A program made the position numbers and the translations under genes. A DNA stretch of 58,237 bases, taken from positions 1 through 58,237 of the forward strand of contig KZ538621.1 in the NCBI GenBank assembly GCA_000934665.2, written 5' to 3'. The notes below the pieces were generated by a model that saw only the letters and a list, made by a program, of their open reading frames with translations, searched no databases and had not been told where the DNA came from. This stretch comes from Catajapyx aquilonaris. Its lineage: Eukaryota. Below are positions 12,094-24,767 of the stretch, piece by piece. How positions within the stretch are numbered: position 1 is the stretch's first letter; each line of letters starts with the position of its first letter.

Positions 12094-15000
12094 TAGGGTG
12101 GCTCACTCTTGTATGGAGAAAAAATATATGTTATTAATCAAAACCTACCTATTGCAGAAAAGATGTTATATGGTATGGAGATTAAGAGAAAAATTTAAAA
12201 AATATATATTTTTAAGGTTTAACACTGCTGCAAGGGGGTTGAATTTTCTGGAAAAAATTGAAAAAGACTATCTTTAGGTTAGATGATTTTAGACTCCAAA
12301 TAATTGTTTTTCCGTAATATTAATACCAAAAATGGTGATTACTGATTGAGTAGTACATAGCAACATTTCATGACCACCTCCCCCTCCCCGCCGCACACTA
12401 TATAATCAATCCGTCAACCCCTTAGAGCAGTAATACTACTACAGGCATACTACTAAGAGGCAATCCCAGCTTTCTTCCGTCTCCCCCCTCTCCAACGTCA
12501 AACCGGTATTCGACGTTTAGACAATCTACGTTATGGAATCTTACCTACGTGGCAGGCTGGTAAGGGGTAAACCTCTAGGTAAACCCGATCAGTTCACTGC
12601 CAGCGGCCAACGGAATAGCACGTGTGAGTGCTGTTCTCTCTAAGTAAAGTAAATTACGATTATATTGAGTGAAATGTGTTTGTTTGTATACTTGGACTAG
12701 TAGAGCACTATGGCAATGTTAAGAAAAGATATAATTTGCCTTATATTTGGGTCTGGCTGTGATATGCCACCGAATGTGCTTCATACGTACGAAAACGTAA
12801 TAAGGTGTGTATTTTGGCATTCAAAAGAGAACCGACACAAGGAAGGAGTTTCTACACTTTCCACAGCGTGTGAGGAAGTTGCAAATAAGTTAGAAGAGAC
12901 CTGGAAACGAGCTTCAATCCCAATAATTGACCACTACAGCGTTTTGAGAAAAGTACGTTCATACTTCTTCTTCTTAAATCTTACAAAGCAAGAAAAGACG
13001 TTGAAAGCTATCGTAATCAGATTGACACTTTTCGAAAGAAAGCGAATGCTCTATTTGATATATCGACATGTACTTGTATGTCATTTGCAAGTTGCAGCTG
13101 TAAAAAAGAACGTAAAGTACCTATGAACTAGCAAGCGTTTGTAATAGACCAGCGAACTGAAAGAAAAATGGTAATTGGGTCACTGGATCGGAAAGTCACT
13201 TTACAAAATGCTAAGCCATGGTACGAAAGTTGAAGCAAGAGCGATATGAGGAGAGAAACAAAACGCTGACTGATGTTTCCTCCAGTTCAATGGATAGTGG
13301 CTATAAACAGAATCTGTGTATGTGCGAGCGTACTGACTTTCCTGCACCATCAGCTATCGTTGAAAGCGGAGCCCAAAATGCTCTAGACCTCACATGTAAA
13401 GTGGGCAAATTTTCAGCCGTAGCTAGAACATAGGACCGATTTGGCATTTCCGACCAAGCAGGCGCTGCCATCGTGTCAGCTGCGCTTCATGATGTGGGCC
13501 TTATCTCAAAAAGCAATGTATCGAACGGACGTGACAAGGTGACAAAATGGACAAAGCAGCCTCCACGTAGGCGCCAAACACCATCAAGAAACATTGTGAG
13601 GAGAGGCCAGGCTGCAGAGGACCAGGGAAAAACGTCACTGCCCCTTTGGCGGCGTTTTTTCTTTTTTTTACGGATGTTATTCTGGACACGATTTTGACTT
13701 ACACCAATCAGTTCATCGACATGTGCATGAAAGGAAAGTACCAGAGAGCAACATATACCAGGACATTGACCATGGAAGAACTGAAGGCAGCAATTGGTCT
13801 CCTTTTTATGGCAGGTGTAATGAAAGCTTCCCATGTAAACTGCGAGGAACTGTTTGGACATGATGACACCGGAATGGGCATTTTTTATCTCACCATGTCG
13901 TACCAGCGTTTCCTGTTTATTTTGCGATCTTTGCGATTTGACGATCGTACAACTAGGATGCAGAGGAAAAAAATCGACAAGTTAGCCCCAATACGCTCCA
14001 TTTTTGAACTGGTGAATGGCAGTTTCAAGAAATATTTTGTGCCCAGTGTACACGTGACGATTGACGAAATGCTAGTACCATTTCGAGGAAGGTGCAGCTT
14101 TCGTCAATTCATCAAATCCAAGCCAGGACGCTATGGAATAAAGGTCCAAGCCATCGTTGACGCCACTGCTTTCTACACATTATGCATGGAAATATATCCG
14201 GGCCAGCAACCAGTTGGACCTTATAAGGTACTGTTATTTTTATTTTATTTTTTTATTGCAATGGATATAATTATGCTTTCAAATACTGAAACATAAACCA
14301 TTTGTAGATGAGCAACTCCGCTTCAGATGTGGTGCAGCGTCTAGTGTCAGGGACCTCACTGGCTCGGTCAGGAAGAAACATAACGACGGATAATTGGTAT
14401 ACTAGCATTCATCTGGCAAAAACTCTGATAAATATGAGATTGACACTTGTGGGGACACTGACGAAAGATAAACGAGAAATCCCGCCCGAATTTCAACCAC
14501 ATAAGTCAAGAACAGTCACAGAATCTCTCTGGTTTTTCTGGCCCTCTCGCAATGGTTTCTCACGTGCCTAAAAAATCAAAGTCAGTCATTTTATTGTCCA
14601 GTATGCATTCTTCCGCATGGATTGATCCGGACTCGGGTGATAAAAGAAAACCGGAGATGATTACTTTTTATAACAAAACCAAAGGAGGAGTTGATGTGGT
14701 TGATAAGATGACTGCACATTTTACAGTGTCCAGATGCGCACGGCGATGGCCGATGGCAGTGTTTTGTCACCTCCTAAATGTTTCAGCAATAAACGCTTAC
14801 ATATTGTTTAGTTGTAACACTGGCTGGAAAACCCAAAGGCATAAATTTTTAAAAACTTTGGCCAGAGAACTTGTAAAAGACCACCAGCTGTTGCGAATGA
14901 ATGATGGTCACCTGCCCAGAGAAACTAGAAGAAGATTGCAGGACACTGGCAGAACTGTAGCTACCCCTATGCAGGAGAATCCTCCTCCAGCGAAGAAGGC

Positions 15001-15765
15001 CCAGAAACACTGTTTCGTCTGCCCGCGTAGAGACGACAAAAGAAGCCGAATGCAGTGTTCATTGTGCAACAAATTTGTGTGTCCGGGACATTCCTCGAAA
15101 CAAATCACGTGCATTGACTGCCAAGGAGACAATGATGTGGAATGAATCTGCCGACTGAGTAGTGTGGGAGGGCACAGTGAGCGGGAGGTGCAAGGTCCGA
15201 GCAGGTGGGAGTGGGGTAAGGATTGGGGGAGGGGATATGAAGTGTTGCAGTGCAATGAAATAAATCCATTCTGTGAAATCCAACGTTCGTATTTATTTTG
15301 CTGACGCATGAATGGCCCAAATCGCTAGATATTATGCAAAACGTACCAAATAAAAATTAAAACGGAAGTCGGGGTCCGTCGCGTCGGAAAGAAAATAAGT
15401 CGGGCCCAATTCCCTGGGGTAGGGGGATTCCACGTCTTGGCGGCCTGGGATGCCACCGGGAGCCGCTAGACCGGATCTTGGTCGGGCCCCCACTACGCAT
15501 TGCCACCTAATTTATTTTTTCCTGGTCGTGCTATTTGCTCAAAAAATTTAAACTCAACGTAATTCATCACAGAAATAGTCAAACGTAAATGTTCTCAAAG
15601 ATGAATCTCGAATGTCCTAAATTTTCCACGTTATAGCAAAAAAAGGGGCGTTGGTCACAAAAAGTGCCCACGTCACCGTCCGAGGGTTAATCTATAAACC
15701 ATAGAACATCTTTTCCGTATAGGTAGGTTTTGAAATCTTGAAAAAAATATTTTTTATCCACTCTA
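12094..15765 (+). mobile_element. hATm-like hAT element, internally deleted, carrying a piggyBac remnant
   Basis: Ends tagggtgg / ccactcta; 8-bp TSD atgggcat (12086-12093, 15766-15773); degenerate N-terminal transposase 12710-13525 (WKRASIP, LFDISTCTC..CSC..RKVP, DQRTERKMVIG, RFGISDQAGAAIVSAALHDVG). Confidence 0.8.
13525..15686 (+). mobile_element. 5'-truncated piggyBac element with frameshifted transposase
   Basis: DDD motifs TIDE, TTDNWY, GGVDVVD; LRFDD; KPGRYGIK; C-terminal Cys-rich domain ending at 15145; right end ...ccgaggg|ttaa; 80-nt GT-AG intron 14228-14307; frameshifts near 13660 and 14530. Confidence 0.92.
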
Positions 15766-15985
15766 ATGGGCATGCCAAGTTTCAGCACTCTCAGTACTCT
15801 GAAGTGGGTTAAAGAGGCATGACACACATACTTGAAAGATACCAACAAACTGTGTGCATTATAATTGTACTGATACGAGTGACCGGGGGCTGATTTAATC
15901 CATTTAACACAGTGCTGCTGTTAGGATAGTTTGTTATGTTTAGTGTCTGTGGCAGCTTCTACAAATGTATCTTGGTTCATTCCAG

Positions 15986-16395
15986 AAGCGTCGGACACAG
16001 TTTCCACTTCTTCATCTTCCTCTGACCTTTCTGAGCGTCAGCGATTTGATGAGATATTTGAGTGTGTATTGTCTCAAATACGCCCTATGGTGCTAGAGGA
16101 GCAAGCCTTTTGCATTCGGTTCTTCCAGTTGGATGTTCTTGAAATACCTGAGTCTGAGAGCCATAGAAAAAAAGCTGTGAGTGAGGAGCTACGCCGCCTC
16201 TTGAAAGCCGTGTTTGGACAAAGTCTGGAATCAGAGCTGCATGGATTTATAGCCCATTTTGAGCGCTTGGATAGCTACTATTCAATGCATGTGCTGGTGC
16301 GGCTCAGCCAACAAGTCATGGTTGGAGGAGGAGGAGAGGCCGCAGAAGACGCTGGTTCATTTCTCAGCATAACTTTTGCTGGGGCCTTGGTGCAG
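15986..16395 (+). CDS. EXOC1: EXOC1/Sec3 coding exon
   Basis: ttccag acceptor (phase 1), cag|gtatgt donor; RQRFDEIFECVLSQIRPMVLEEQAFCIRFFQL...SFLSITFAGALVQ. Confidence 0.92.
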
Positions 16396-16481
16396 GTATG
16401 TTGTCAGTTAACTGCTTGGCTACATACATTCCTTTTGCATATTGATTTAAGTAAGGAGTCTTGAATTTCCATGCATTTCTA

Positions 16482-17430
16482 CAGGGTTGGGCAAAATGTA
16501 TGGCATGATTTGAATCACGTGGTACGGTGGTGCTGTTTGAGCATGCAAGGGATATGGGCATGTGCTGGAGTAAGGAAGGTTTGCCATTTGCAAAAATGAT
16601 GTCTTGGTCTGCAAAGCACCGTGCAGTCATCATGGAGATTTATTTTAAAAATAATGACTCCACCAGAGCTGTGCGAAGGATCTTTCTTCACCATTTTGGG
16701 CTGGGACGTCAGAACCAAGTCCCCGACCATCAGGCAATCATAAGGGGGGTGAAGCAGTTCCGGGACACAGTATCAGAAACCAAAAAAGCACTGGACATCC
16801 AAGGACATAGCCGACCCTCCCAAGATGTCCACAATGCGCTCCTCCGAAGTCCTTAGTGATCAGCAGTTATAGGCACGCCTTGGCACTATGAATGTTGGCA
16901 CACTCCCTGTGCTACATCATCCATGATATCCTGCACTTATATCCTTACAAGATCAAGCTGTGCAACAATTGAAAGCAAGGGACAAAGTGGCCCGAAGAAC
17001 CTTTTTGGACGCTTGGAACGGCCAATAGCCCAGGAATTCGGAGTTGTGCGTTGAATACCCTTTGGGTGGGGGTCCGTTGTGTCCTAGAATAGCACTGTCC
17101 AAGGACTCCTTGGACAGTGCTATTCTGGTCCAGGCATGATGATGTGTTCAGGAATTGCTTCACCCACCTTATGTTTGTCTGGTGGTTGATAACTTCGTCC
17201 TGATATCCCAGTTCAAAATGGCTAAGAAATATCCTTCGTAGAGCTATGGGGAACTCGTTAATTTTAAAATAAGTCTCCACAAAGAATGCACAGTGCTCTG
17301 GCGACCACGACACCATTTTTGCAAATGGCAAACCTTCCCCACTCCAGCACATGCCAATATCCCCTACATGCTCAAACAGCATCATAGTACCACGTGATTC
17401 AAATCATGCCATCCATTTTGCCCAACCCTG
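16482..17430. mobile_element. Tc1/mariner-superfamily fold-back element made of two inverted 5' ends
   Basis: TA|cagggttgggcaaaatg...cattttgcccaaccctg|TA; each arm encodes a DUF4817-like HTH N-terminus (WSAKHRAVIMEIYFKNN / WSPEHCAFFVETYFKIN). Confidence 0.85.
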
Positions 17431-17569
17431 TACATAGTCATAAAAAGCTATAATTTTTTATTTCTTTATTTTCTACCCTTTGCTCAAGCCTTAGGCTTGC
17501 TTTGGGGGGAAAAGTTATAATTGGGAAACTTGGACTTCTTCAATCAAAACTGCTGCAAGAAAGAATCAT

Positions 17570-18353
17570 TTCATTTTTCATTTCATTTCATTTCATTTAT
17601 TTAACCTCCCTGCCTCATTCACGCAGGGAGGGACACACCAAAACAACAAGAAATAATACAGTAATACAGTAATGATAATACAGACACAAATGCAAATACA
17701 GATACAGAGCTCTCCCTTACTCCCACAGGTTTGATATTTCCTGGTATACAAATTCAGTTCCCCTTAGCGTTAACAGTTTTTTATCCAATCCGCAATGTAA
17801 CCGAAGTAATAATATAGAGCTTGCAATTGGGTGTCGGAGGGATTCAGTAACGCCCTCCACATGTTTTCTCGACTAAACTCCGTGAACTCCTGTCTTATTC
17901 TCCCCCTTCCTCCCTCGAATAACCTACACTTCCACCATAGATGGTACCAATCACCCTCACTTCCTTGGTAGCATAGGCTACATGGTTCTTCCGGCCCAAT
18001 AGCTATACTTCTGTCTTTACTTAACGGTAGCCACCGGGCACCCAAACGTAAACATGCAAGCATTCTGGTTAAATTTATCTGCAATGTAGCCGAAATGTAG
18101 TGCGCCGCAATATATCTATTTTCGTCGTAGAACCATATTTTATTAAAATTTGTTTTAGAAATATTCAGGCTATTTATATCATTCCTAACCTCAATGTCCT
18201 GCATGGTTTGAGTCAGGCTGACAATTTTCCTGGTCCAGTTTTCGTCATTCTCGATTAAGTAATTTTCTACTGATTGTCCATATCTATGCAAGGCAAGGTC
18301 TAGTTGTCTTAACCATATATTTAGAGGCTATCTCCTTCCTAGACCTTAGGTAA
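17570..18353 (-). mobile_element. 5'-truncated LINE (ORF2 C-terminus)
   Basis: ORF 17770-18291 with LRLG and CSLC...H...C knuckle; (TGAAA)n tail; 15-bp TSD gcaagaaagaatcat (17555-17569, 18354-18368). Confidence 0.85.
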
Positions 18354-18548
18354 GCAAGAAAGAATCATGATAATAAGTAATGTTCCAAAAAGACCGACAA
18401 TTTGGAAGTGTGGGAAAAAATTTCAGCTGACACAATTTGCTCCTTGCGGCTCCTTGTTCATAATATTTGTCAATGTTACATTTTCATTGGTCATTCCACC
18501 ATGTTCCACAGTTAGAAACAGCCTGTATAGTACGACTTACTTCATCAG

Positions 18549-18727
18549 GTGAAGCGCAACTTTGATCGCCTGATGCAAGCCCAACTGCGTTCTGTGGAAG
18601 AAGCTCGCATTGGACCTCGCCGTCCGAAATGTGGACTGCTGCATTTTGTTTCTTCCTTTGAAGAGTTCTCAGCTGCAGCAGAGATGTCCTTCAGGGGCTC
18701 AGAACGTCGTGCTGATCTGGACAAGTG
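18549..18727 (+). CDS. EXOC1: EXOC1/Sec3 coding exon
   Basis: catcag acceptor, tg|gtatga donor (phase 2); VKRNFDRLMQAQ...FRGSERRADLDKW. Confidence 0.92.
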
Positions 18728-18845
18728 GTATGAATCTAAAGATAATTTTGTTGACAGTGAAATCCAAATTACTGGACATGAGGTGCATTGCACGGAATAT
18801 TGTCAATTGAGTCCTGTGTTGCATCCTATGCAGCAGGTCAGTATA

Positions 18846-20546
18846 CAGGGTGTTTCTTACTAACATGTAATCCAGCCAGCAGAGTACTCATTGGCCCAAA
18901 CCAAGTCAGAAATGAAGGGGAGAGAAATGTGGAGGGACCAACCAGTGAGGAGGTACACGACCAAACACACTAGCCTGTCTCTAGACACACAGCAAAACAC
19001 ACCACACCTTTCTGTAGTGAGATTGCTGGATGGACCCACTCACCTTGCAATAGTTGCCTAGGGAGCAGGATCTGACAAGGGAAGACCGTGACGTGTGACT
19101 AACGGATTTGGACAAAAATCGCTCAGTGGGTAAATCACATGCGTAGAATTCACTGGTGAACGTAAAAACCCGCACTTCGCAGCCATTTTCAAGATATGAG
19201 TGACGTCAGATCCGGCGCGCTCAATGTAGTGCATCCTCTTGCTCCCTTTTTAGACTTTTTATTATTATAAAAAAAAAAGTCGCGTAGAACGGCTCTGGCT
19301 GTCCGTCTGTTGACAGATATCAGGGCCTCAACCGCATCAGATAGCGGCAAATGGTTTTCGGATTCTGATTAAACGTGACCTAAATAGGTGTCATGGCCAA
19401 CTTCCGGTGACCCGCCACTTCCGGTTTTCCGGGTTCACTCTATCCGCACAAGTCTACTTCAGAGTTTGAGACCAATGCCCCAGTCCCATGACGGATAATA
19501 GGGGTTCTACTGTAATCTTTTGTAACAATTTGTAAATTTAGTAGGTTACTATTAAACTTGAATTTGACTACTTCATCGTCAATGTTACTTTCTTTGGGGA
19601 AAAATTACCCATAAAGTTACCCAGCGCGGAAGAAGTGTAAAGCAGCACTCACTAGCAGTGTCACAGTAGCAAAGTGTCACCCAGATAAATTCTCATGAGT
19701 TCCCGCACATTTTGAATCATATATAACTTCCGTAGGTGTACTTGTTGGAAAGTTATTCGGAAATAAAAATAGGTAGGGGAGAGGGCTGTACCATGGAACA
19801 CTTTTTCAGCATTTATTTTTATTTAGTAAAGTTGTTCATGTTTTCAACATGTGAAACTGTCCATGTATAAAGCATATTGTTGCCTACACAATGGAACTTA
19901 CTCATTTTGTATGTCACTAATAACTTTACTAAAATTAATTAATATGTGATAGTGTTGCAAATGTTCCATGGTACAACATGCTGATGTACCTTGGAACAAT
20001 GTGATGTATCCTTGGAACAATTTATTTTCCAGCATGATATTAGGCTCAACAATGCAAATATTTTATTTCACGTTGTAGTTTTCATTCTTTTCAAAGCCAA
20101 TTTTGAACACTATTCTTGATGACACCCTGACACAACACCCTAGCTGATGTGTTCCAAGGTACATGCAGGGCTATACTTTTAGAAATGAACTTGCCTCTCT
20201 TTCGTGCATTACATCATTGGTAGGTAATAATGATTCAGCACTGTAGACTATTGGTGTACACTTCAGAGCAGAACTTCATTTACTACAAATCTGTTATATG
20301 ACAGGAGCAATAATCGACAAAAGGCCTGCCAAAAAACTTACTTTTGAGTATGAAAAAACACCTCCGCCACTCACTACCTCCAAAATGGCTACCTGCTAGG
20401 GTCTGCTTCCAACTAGGGGGCATATGCATCCTTTGATTCAGAAAGTGGCCGGTACATGTCAACACGAGCTGTGGTACATTGAGTGTTCCAAGGTACATTG
20501 TACTCATGGTACAGCCCTCTCCCCTACCGACTTTTGAAACACCCTG
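18846..20546. mobile_element. Tc1-like non-autonomous element with nested inserts
   Basis: TA|cagggtgtttc ... gaaacaccctg|TA; 5' part homologous to ~57115-57340. Confidence 0.55.
19773..20527 (-). mobile_element. pogo-like element remnant
   Basis: TIRs gtagggggagagggctgtaccatg / catggtacagccctctcccctac; repeated ccWtggaaca subterminal motif; remnant PPSWKQTLAG..EW. Confidence 0.6.
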
Positions 20547-21445
20547 TAGTTCTGTTGCCAGGACTCGAACTACTACATTCTTCCCCCCCTTAAAATGGAA
20601 CGCGACTATAGTCTTGTTCCATTTTAAGGGGGTAAGAATTTGTAGTGCCCCACGTTTAATCATCAGAAACACCACGTAAAGTAACACGCCTGAGAAGGTA
20701 TAACAGCCACAATGGCACAGTATTACGGACCAAAGCTATAGCATGTTCATCTCACCGGACGGCAGGAATCAAACTAACTAGGAAACGCTCGAGGAAACCA
20801 CCACAACTGTGGTTCCCAAAACAACACCAATAACCCAGTCACTAGGCAACCACCAAGAGCCAGTTGTCTGGTCACTACATCATAAGTAATTGAGATAGGT
20901 TCCAAGATGTCCAAAAATTTCTCATTTTAGGGGCAGTAGCCCCTAAGTAAGACTGTACAACAATTTTCAAAAATTAATTTTTTCAACATGTTGTTGTTGT
21001 TGTTGTTACGCTTTTTTTATTCGCCCTAACTCAAGTTCTGCTGTAGGTAGAGCTCCCAAATTTTAAACACAGATCCCCACCGTCGTGAAGTGCATTCCTA
21101 CCATTTACAGCTAAACTCAATTCCTCTTCAAAACGCCGCAAAAAATTAAAAACCACTAAAGAATACGTTTGTATTTTTTTGCCCAATAACTATTCGGAAT
21201 TCGGTTACTTCATCAAAGGGCGGAATGTGCAGTATGATGGTGCAGATCTATGTTCAAAACCTCACAGTTCCACCTGCTGCAGGATTGAAGTTATGATTTT
21301 TTTCACCAATTTTTTTCCGTCAAATACTTCATTTGTTCATGATTCCATCACCTAGCAATGTCAATTGTTGTTTACACCTGGCCATATTGTTAGGAATAGC
21401 GAAATGTTACCCCCCTGCTCTGGGGTGAACGGATTGTACTTATTA

Positions 21446-22220
21446 CAGTTGAATCCGGATATAACAGCCTCGGCTAGAACAACAGACTTTTGGTTATAAA
21501 GGCCTGTCCCGGCATGCTTCGTCAGTAAGGCCCTGTGTATTTGACTCCTGATTTAACATACTCATTTTCACCTCACCTCGGGTACAGTGCTGGACATAAT
21601 AGCCGTCGCTGAATGTTTTTTTCCGGCGGAGGCGGCGGCGGCGGCGTTACCTGGCAACCCTGTCCGGCGGGCCAATTCAAACATCAGCCCATGAAGAGCG
21701 CTTCCATTGTTGCCTGCCACTGTTTACAAATCGAGTGAGTGAGTGCGCAGGCAGAAGAGACCCGTCGCTGGGTCGTCCGCGTCACTCGTTCGATTTGTAA
21801 ACAGTGGCAGCAATGGAAGCGCTCTCCATGTGCTGATGTTTGAATTGGCCCGCCGGACAGGGTTGCCAGGTAACGCCGCCGGAAAAAAACATTCAGCGAC
21901 GGCTATTATGTCCAGCACTGTATAACACGCCATTTCTTGGCCCTCAGTGGGAAAATATAGTTTTCCAGGCACAAAATTTGCACAGAGGAGACAGCAGAAG
22001 AAAATTTGGGATATTTTGGTCCTGAATAATTTTCGGGTGAGATAATATTGCATTTTTCACAGATACCATTAATCGATGTGTAGTCTAGAAGTGCATATTG
22101 TAGCCATATTGAAAGCAGAAATCTCTGTTTTCATTGCGTGACGATTTGGGTATAACAGACCTCGGTTATAACAGACTTTTTCCGCGGTCTCTTGAAGTTT
22201 GTTTTATCTGGATTCAACTG
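21446..22220. mobile_element. Tigger/pogo-like MITE with internal inverted repeat
   Basis: TA|cagttgaatccggatataac ... gttttatctggattcaactg|TA; internal IR ~21586-21730 / 21790-21920; related end at ~11057. Confidence 0.75.
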
Positions 22221-22652
22221 TACTATTAACCCCTTCGCCCCACCGGTAATCCAAATATACAACCTGTTCTCTTTTTTTACTCATGCAGTCAGACTTCTGA
22301 ATCACGCAGATATCGTGTTATGAGTGATAATTGAGGGAAGGGCCTAGCCCGCATCTCTGCTACACTATACTGTTCACTTTCTTTTTCTTTTCTTTTCACT
22401 TTTTTTTTCCTTCTCTTTTGTGTGTCTCTGGTCAAGGTCATTACAACATACCATAAAACGAGTGTTATAACCTAAAATGACAAAATTTTACAGTGTGCTC
22501 TTCCCTGCAGAAGGGCCCAAAAAGCCCCGCAGGTAAATAAAACTTAAACTTAACCCCTTCGCTACCTGCTATATCATCATTGCCATTGCCATCGCCATCG
22601 CCATCGCCATCGCCATCGCCAGGTATTACCGGCCAACTCTTTAGCTGATTTA

Positions 22653-23165
22653 GGGCCGGTTGCACCAGTCACGGTATATGGAAAACGGTGGGTTTTGACT
22701 CCGGTATACCGCGAGAAGTGTTGCGCCACCTACGGTTGTTCTAAAACGGCCCGTTCTCCCTCCCATTTACCGCCGGATCCATCTACCCGCCGATCCTGCA
22801 GCACAAGTTGCTTATACCGCGGGTTTATGGTGTTGTCGTGGTTGCGGACTGGTGCTAGGGATTTTGTGTACTGTGTGACACCAGGTGGCAACCCTGCCAC
22901 ATGGTTGACGTAGATACTAGACGATTAGCCATACTTCCATGACGTCACGGATTGCGTCACGGGTGCTGCGATCCAATCAGCGCTCCAAAAATTTTGCCCG
23001 CTTACGTCTCTCATGAGCCAGCGTACTACCGAAAACCCCCCGTTTATCTGGACCGGTGCAACGCTATGGAATAAACCCGCGGTTTTTCATGGCATATACC
23101 GTGTACCCGTGGTGCAGGGTTCTTCCATATACCTTCACATATACCGCGACTGGTGCAACCGGCCC
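22653..23165. mobile_element. PIF/Harbinger MITE
   Basis: tta|gggccggttgcaccagtcacggtatatg ... catataccgcgactggtgcaaccggccc|tta. Confidence 0.85.
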
Positions 23166-23674
23166 TTAATTATGAAATTATGCTACAGTGTATGCAGAAT
23201 ATCTACCTTGAGAAACGTGCCAGACGAATTTGCTGAAATCCTCGCATTTCGCGAAAAGTAAATAAGTTTGGGAGTTTTCAGATGTGACGGAGCCAAGCCT
23301 CAGATAAGTATTGATTGAATTCTTGCAATACAGTTCTTAGTGTATTTTTCCGTATATTTTAGCGAATTGGCTATTTCATAATTTAAATCAGGTTAACCGT
23401 TGGGTGGTAGCACTCGAATTTCGTTTTTTTACGACTATATCTCTGTGAAAATCATTTTAGGGACTTCTAAGTGACGAAAATCATCTCCAATACATTCATA
23501 GTGCAGACTGTAGAGTAGAGCATAAACATGTTAGTATGATATGATACGTATATCACTAGCTGTTATTATTTGTAAAATATCTTGTCCATGTCTTCAGAGT
23601 ACGTGTAAACGACAACCTAGGTGATGGCGGCATAGCTGGTATTGCAAAGCGGTTTAAAATAAGAACTGAAAAAA

Positions 23675-24742
23675 AGAGCAAAAACATTCCCTTCAGTGAA
23701 AAAAAGGGTAGTAAGACCTCCGTGGCGGAATGAAAGTACTGAAACAAGGCAGGCGCACGTAAGACCTTCACCAATTGATTTAAGCTGTACCACAGGTCTT
23801 ACTCAAGCAATTCTCAAGTACTGTATGGAACGGCTTGTAAAAATGACTGCTGCAAACCACTCAGAGCAGTAGGTAGGGTTTTATTTTGAAAAGAAAAAAA
23901 TGGGGGAAAAAACTAACCCCATCCTAACAGACTTGGTCCAATCGAAAAAGACCCTCTAAAATTCACCAATTAACGTTTATATGTGAAAAATTAAACGTTA
24001 GAATTAAAATCAGCATCTAAAAGAGGTGAAGATTCTGCATGAATGTTTCATGGCAATAATTCGCACCAATCGTATAGAAATTCAATGTGCTTAATATTGA
24101 AGTTCCTAATTTCATAAAATACTAATATGGAGTGGCTCATGGAAAAGTAATGGGTGGAATTTTTGTCGTACTACTAAAATTACTACGTATTAATTAGAGG
24201 TCTATAGTTACTGCTAACTTAGCAGTACCATTGCACTACGCTGCTACTGCTAAGTTAGAAGTAACTAGTAGTACGACGAAAATTCTACAAATTTGTTTTC
24301 AGAAAGGAGATTTCATGAGTATTAAATTGGTAATTGCTTGAGTAATGGATACCCCGTGATAAGTCTCCTTGGGCTTTTTAGGGGATCATCCTTTAATAGA
24401 CCGACTTTAATCATTGCCTGCGCTGTGATGGATTTTGATAGTGGGAGGAAACGGGAGAACCCCGAGAAAACCCACGCGAACACGGAGAGAACCCAACGAA
24501 ACTCTATCCACATAAGTATCCTCTCTCCGGTCCGGGGATCGAACTCGGGACCTTAGAGGCAGAAGGCTGCGGCTCTAACCACTCGGCCACCGTGTCGCCC
24601 ACGTAATTGCTTGAGTAAGACCTGTGGTGCAGCTTAAATCAATTGGTGAAGGTCTTACGTGCGCCTGCCTTGTTTCAGTACTTTCATTCCGCCACGGAGG
24701 TCGTACTACCCTTTTTTTCACTGAAGGGAATGTTTTTGCTCA
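23675..24742. repeat. Inverted repeat with ~140-bp arms, probable MITE, interrupted by a SINE D
   Basis: 23675-23812 is the reverse complement of 24605-24742; the mirrored ORFs MVKVLRAPALFQYF come from it. Confidence 0.75.
24346..24602 (-). mobile_element. tRNA-derived SINE family D with V-domain-like core
   Basis: Head ggtggccgagtggttag...gagttcgatccc; core gtgggttttctcgggttctcccgtttcctcccac; TSD gtaattgcttgagtaa. Confidence 0.85.
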
Positions 24743-24767
24743 TATCCATTATTATTATTATTACCTT

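Noticed and set aside
13646..15145. Active or domesticated piggyBac (PGBD) gene
   Set aside because: Two frameshifts, a missing N-terminus and no left TIR
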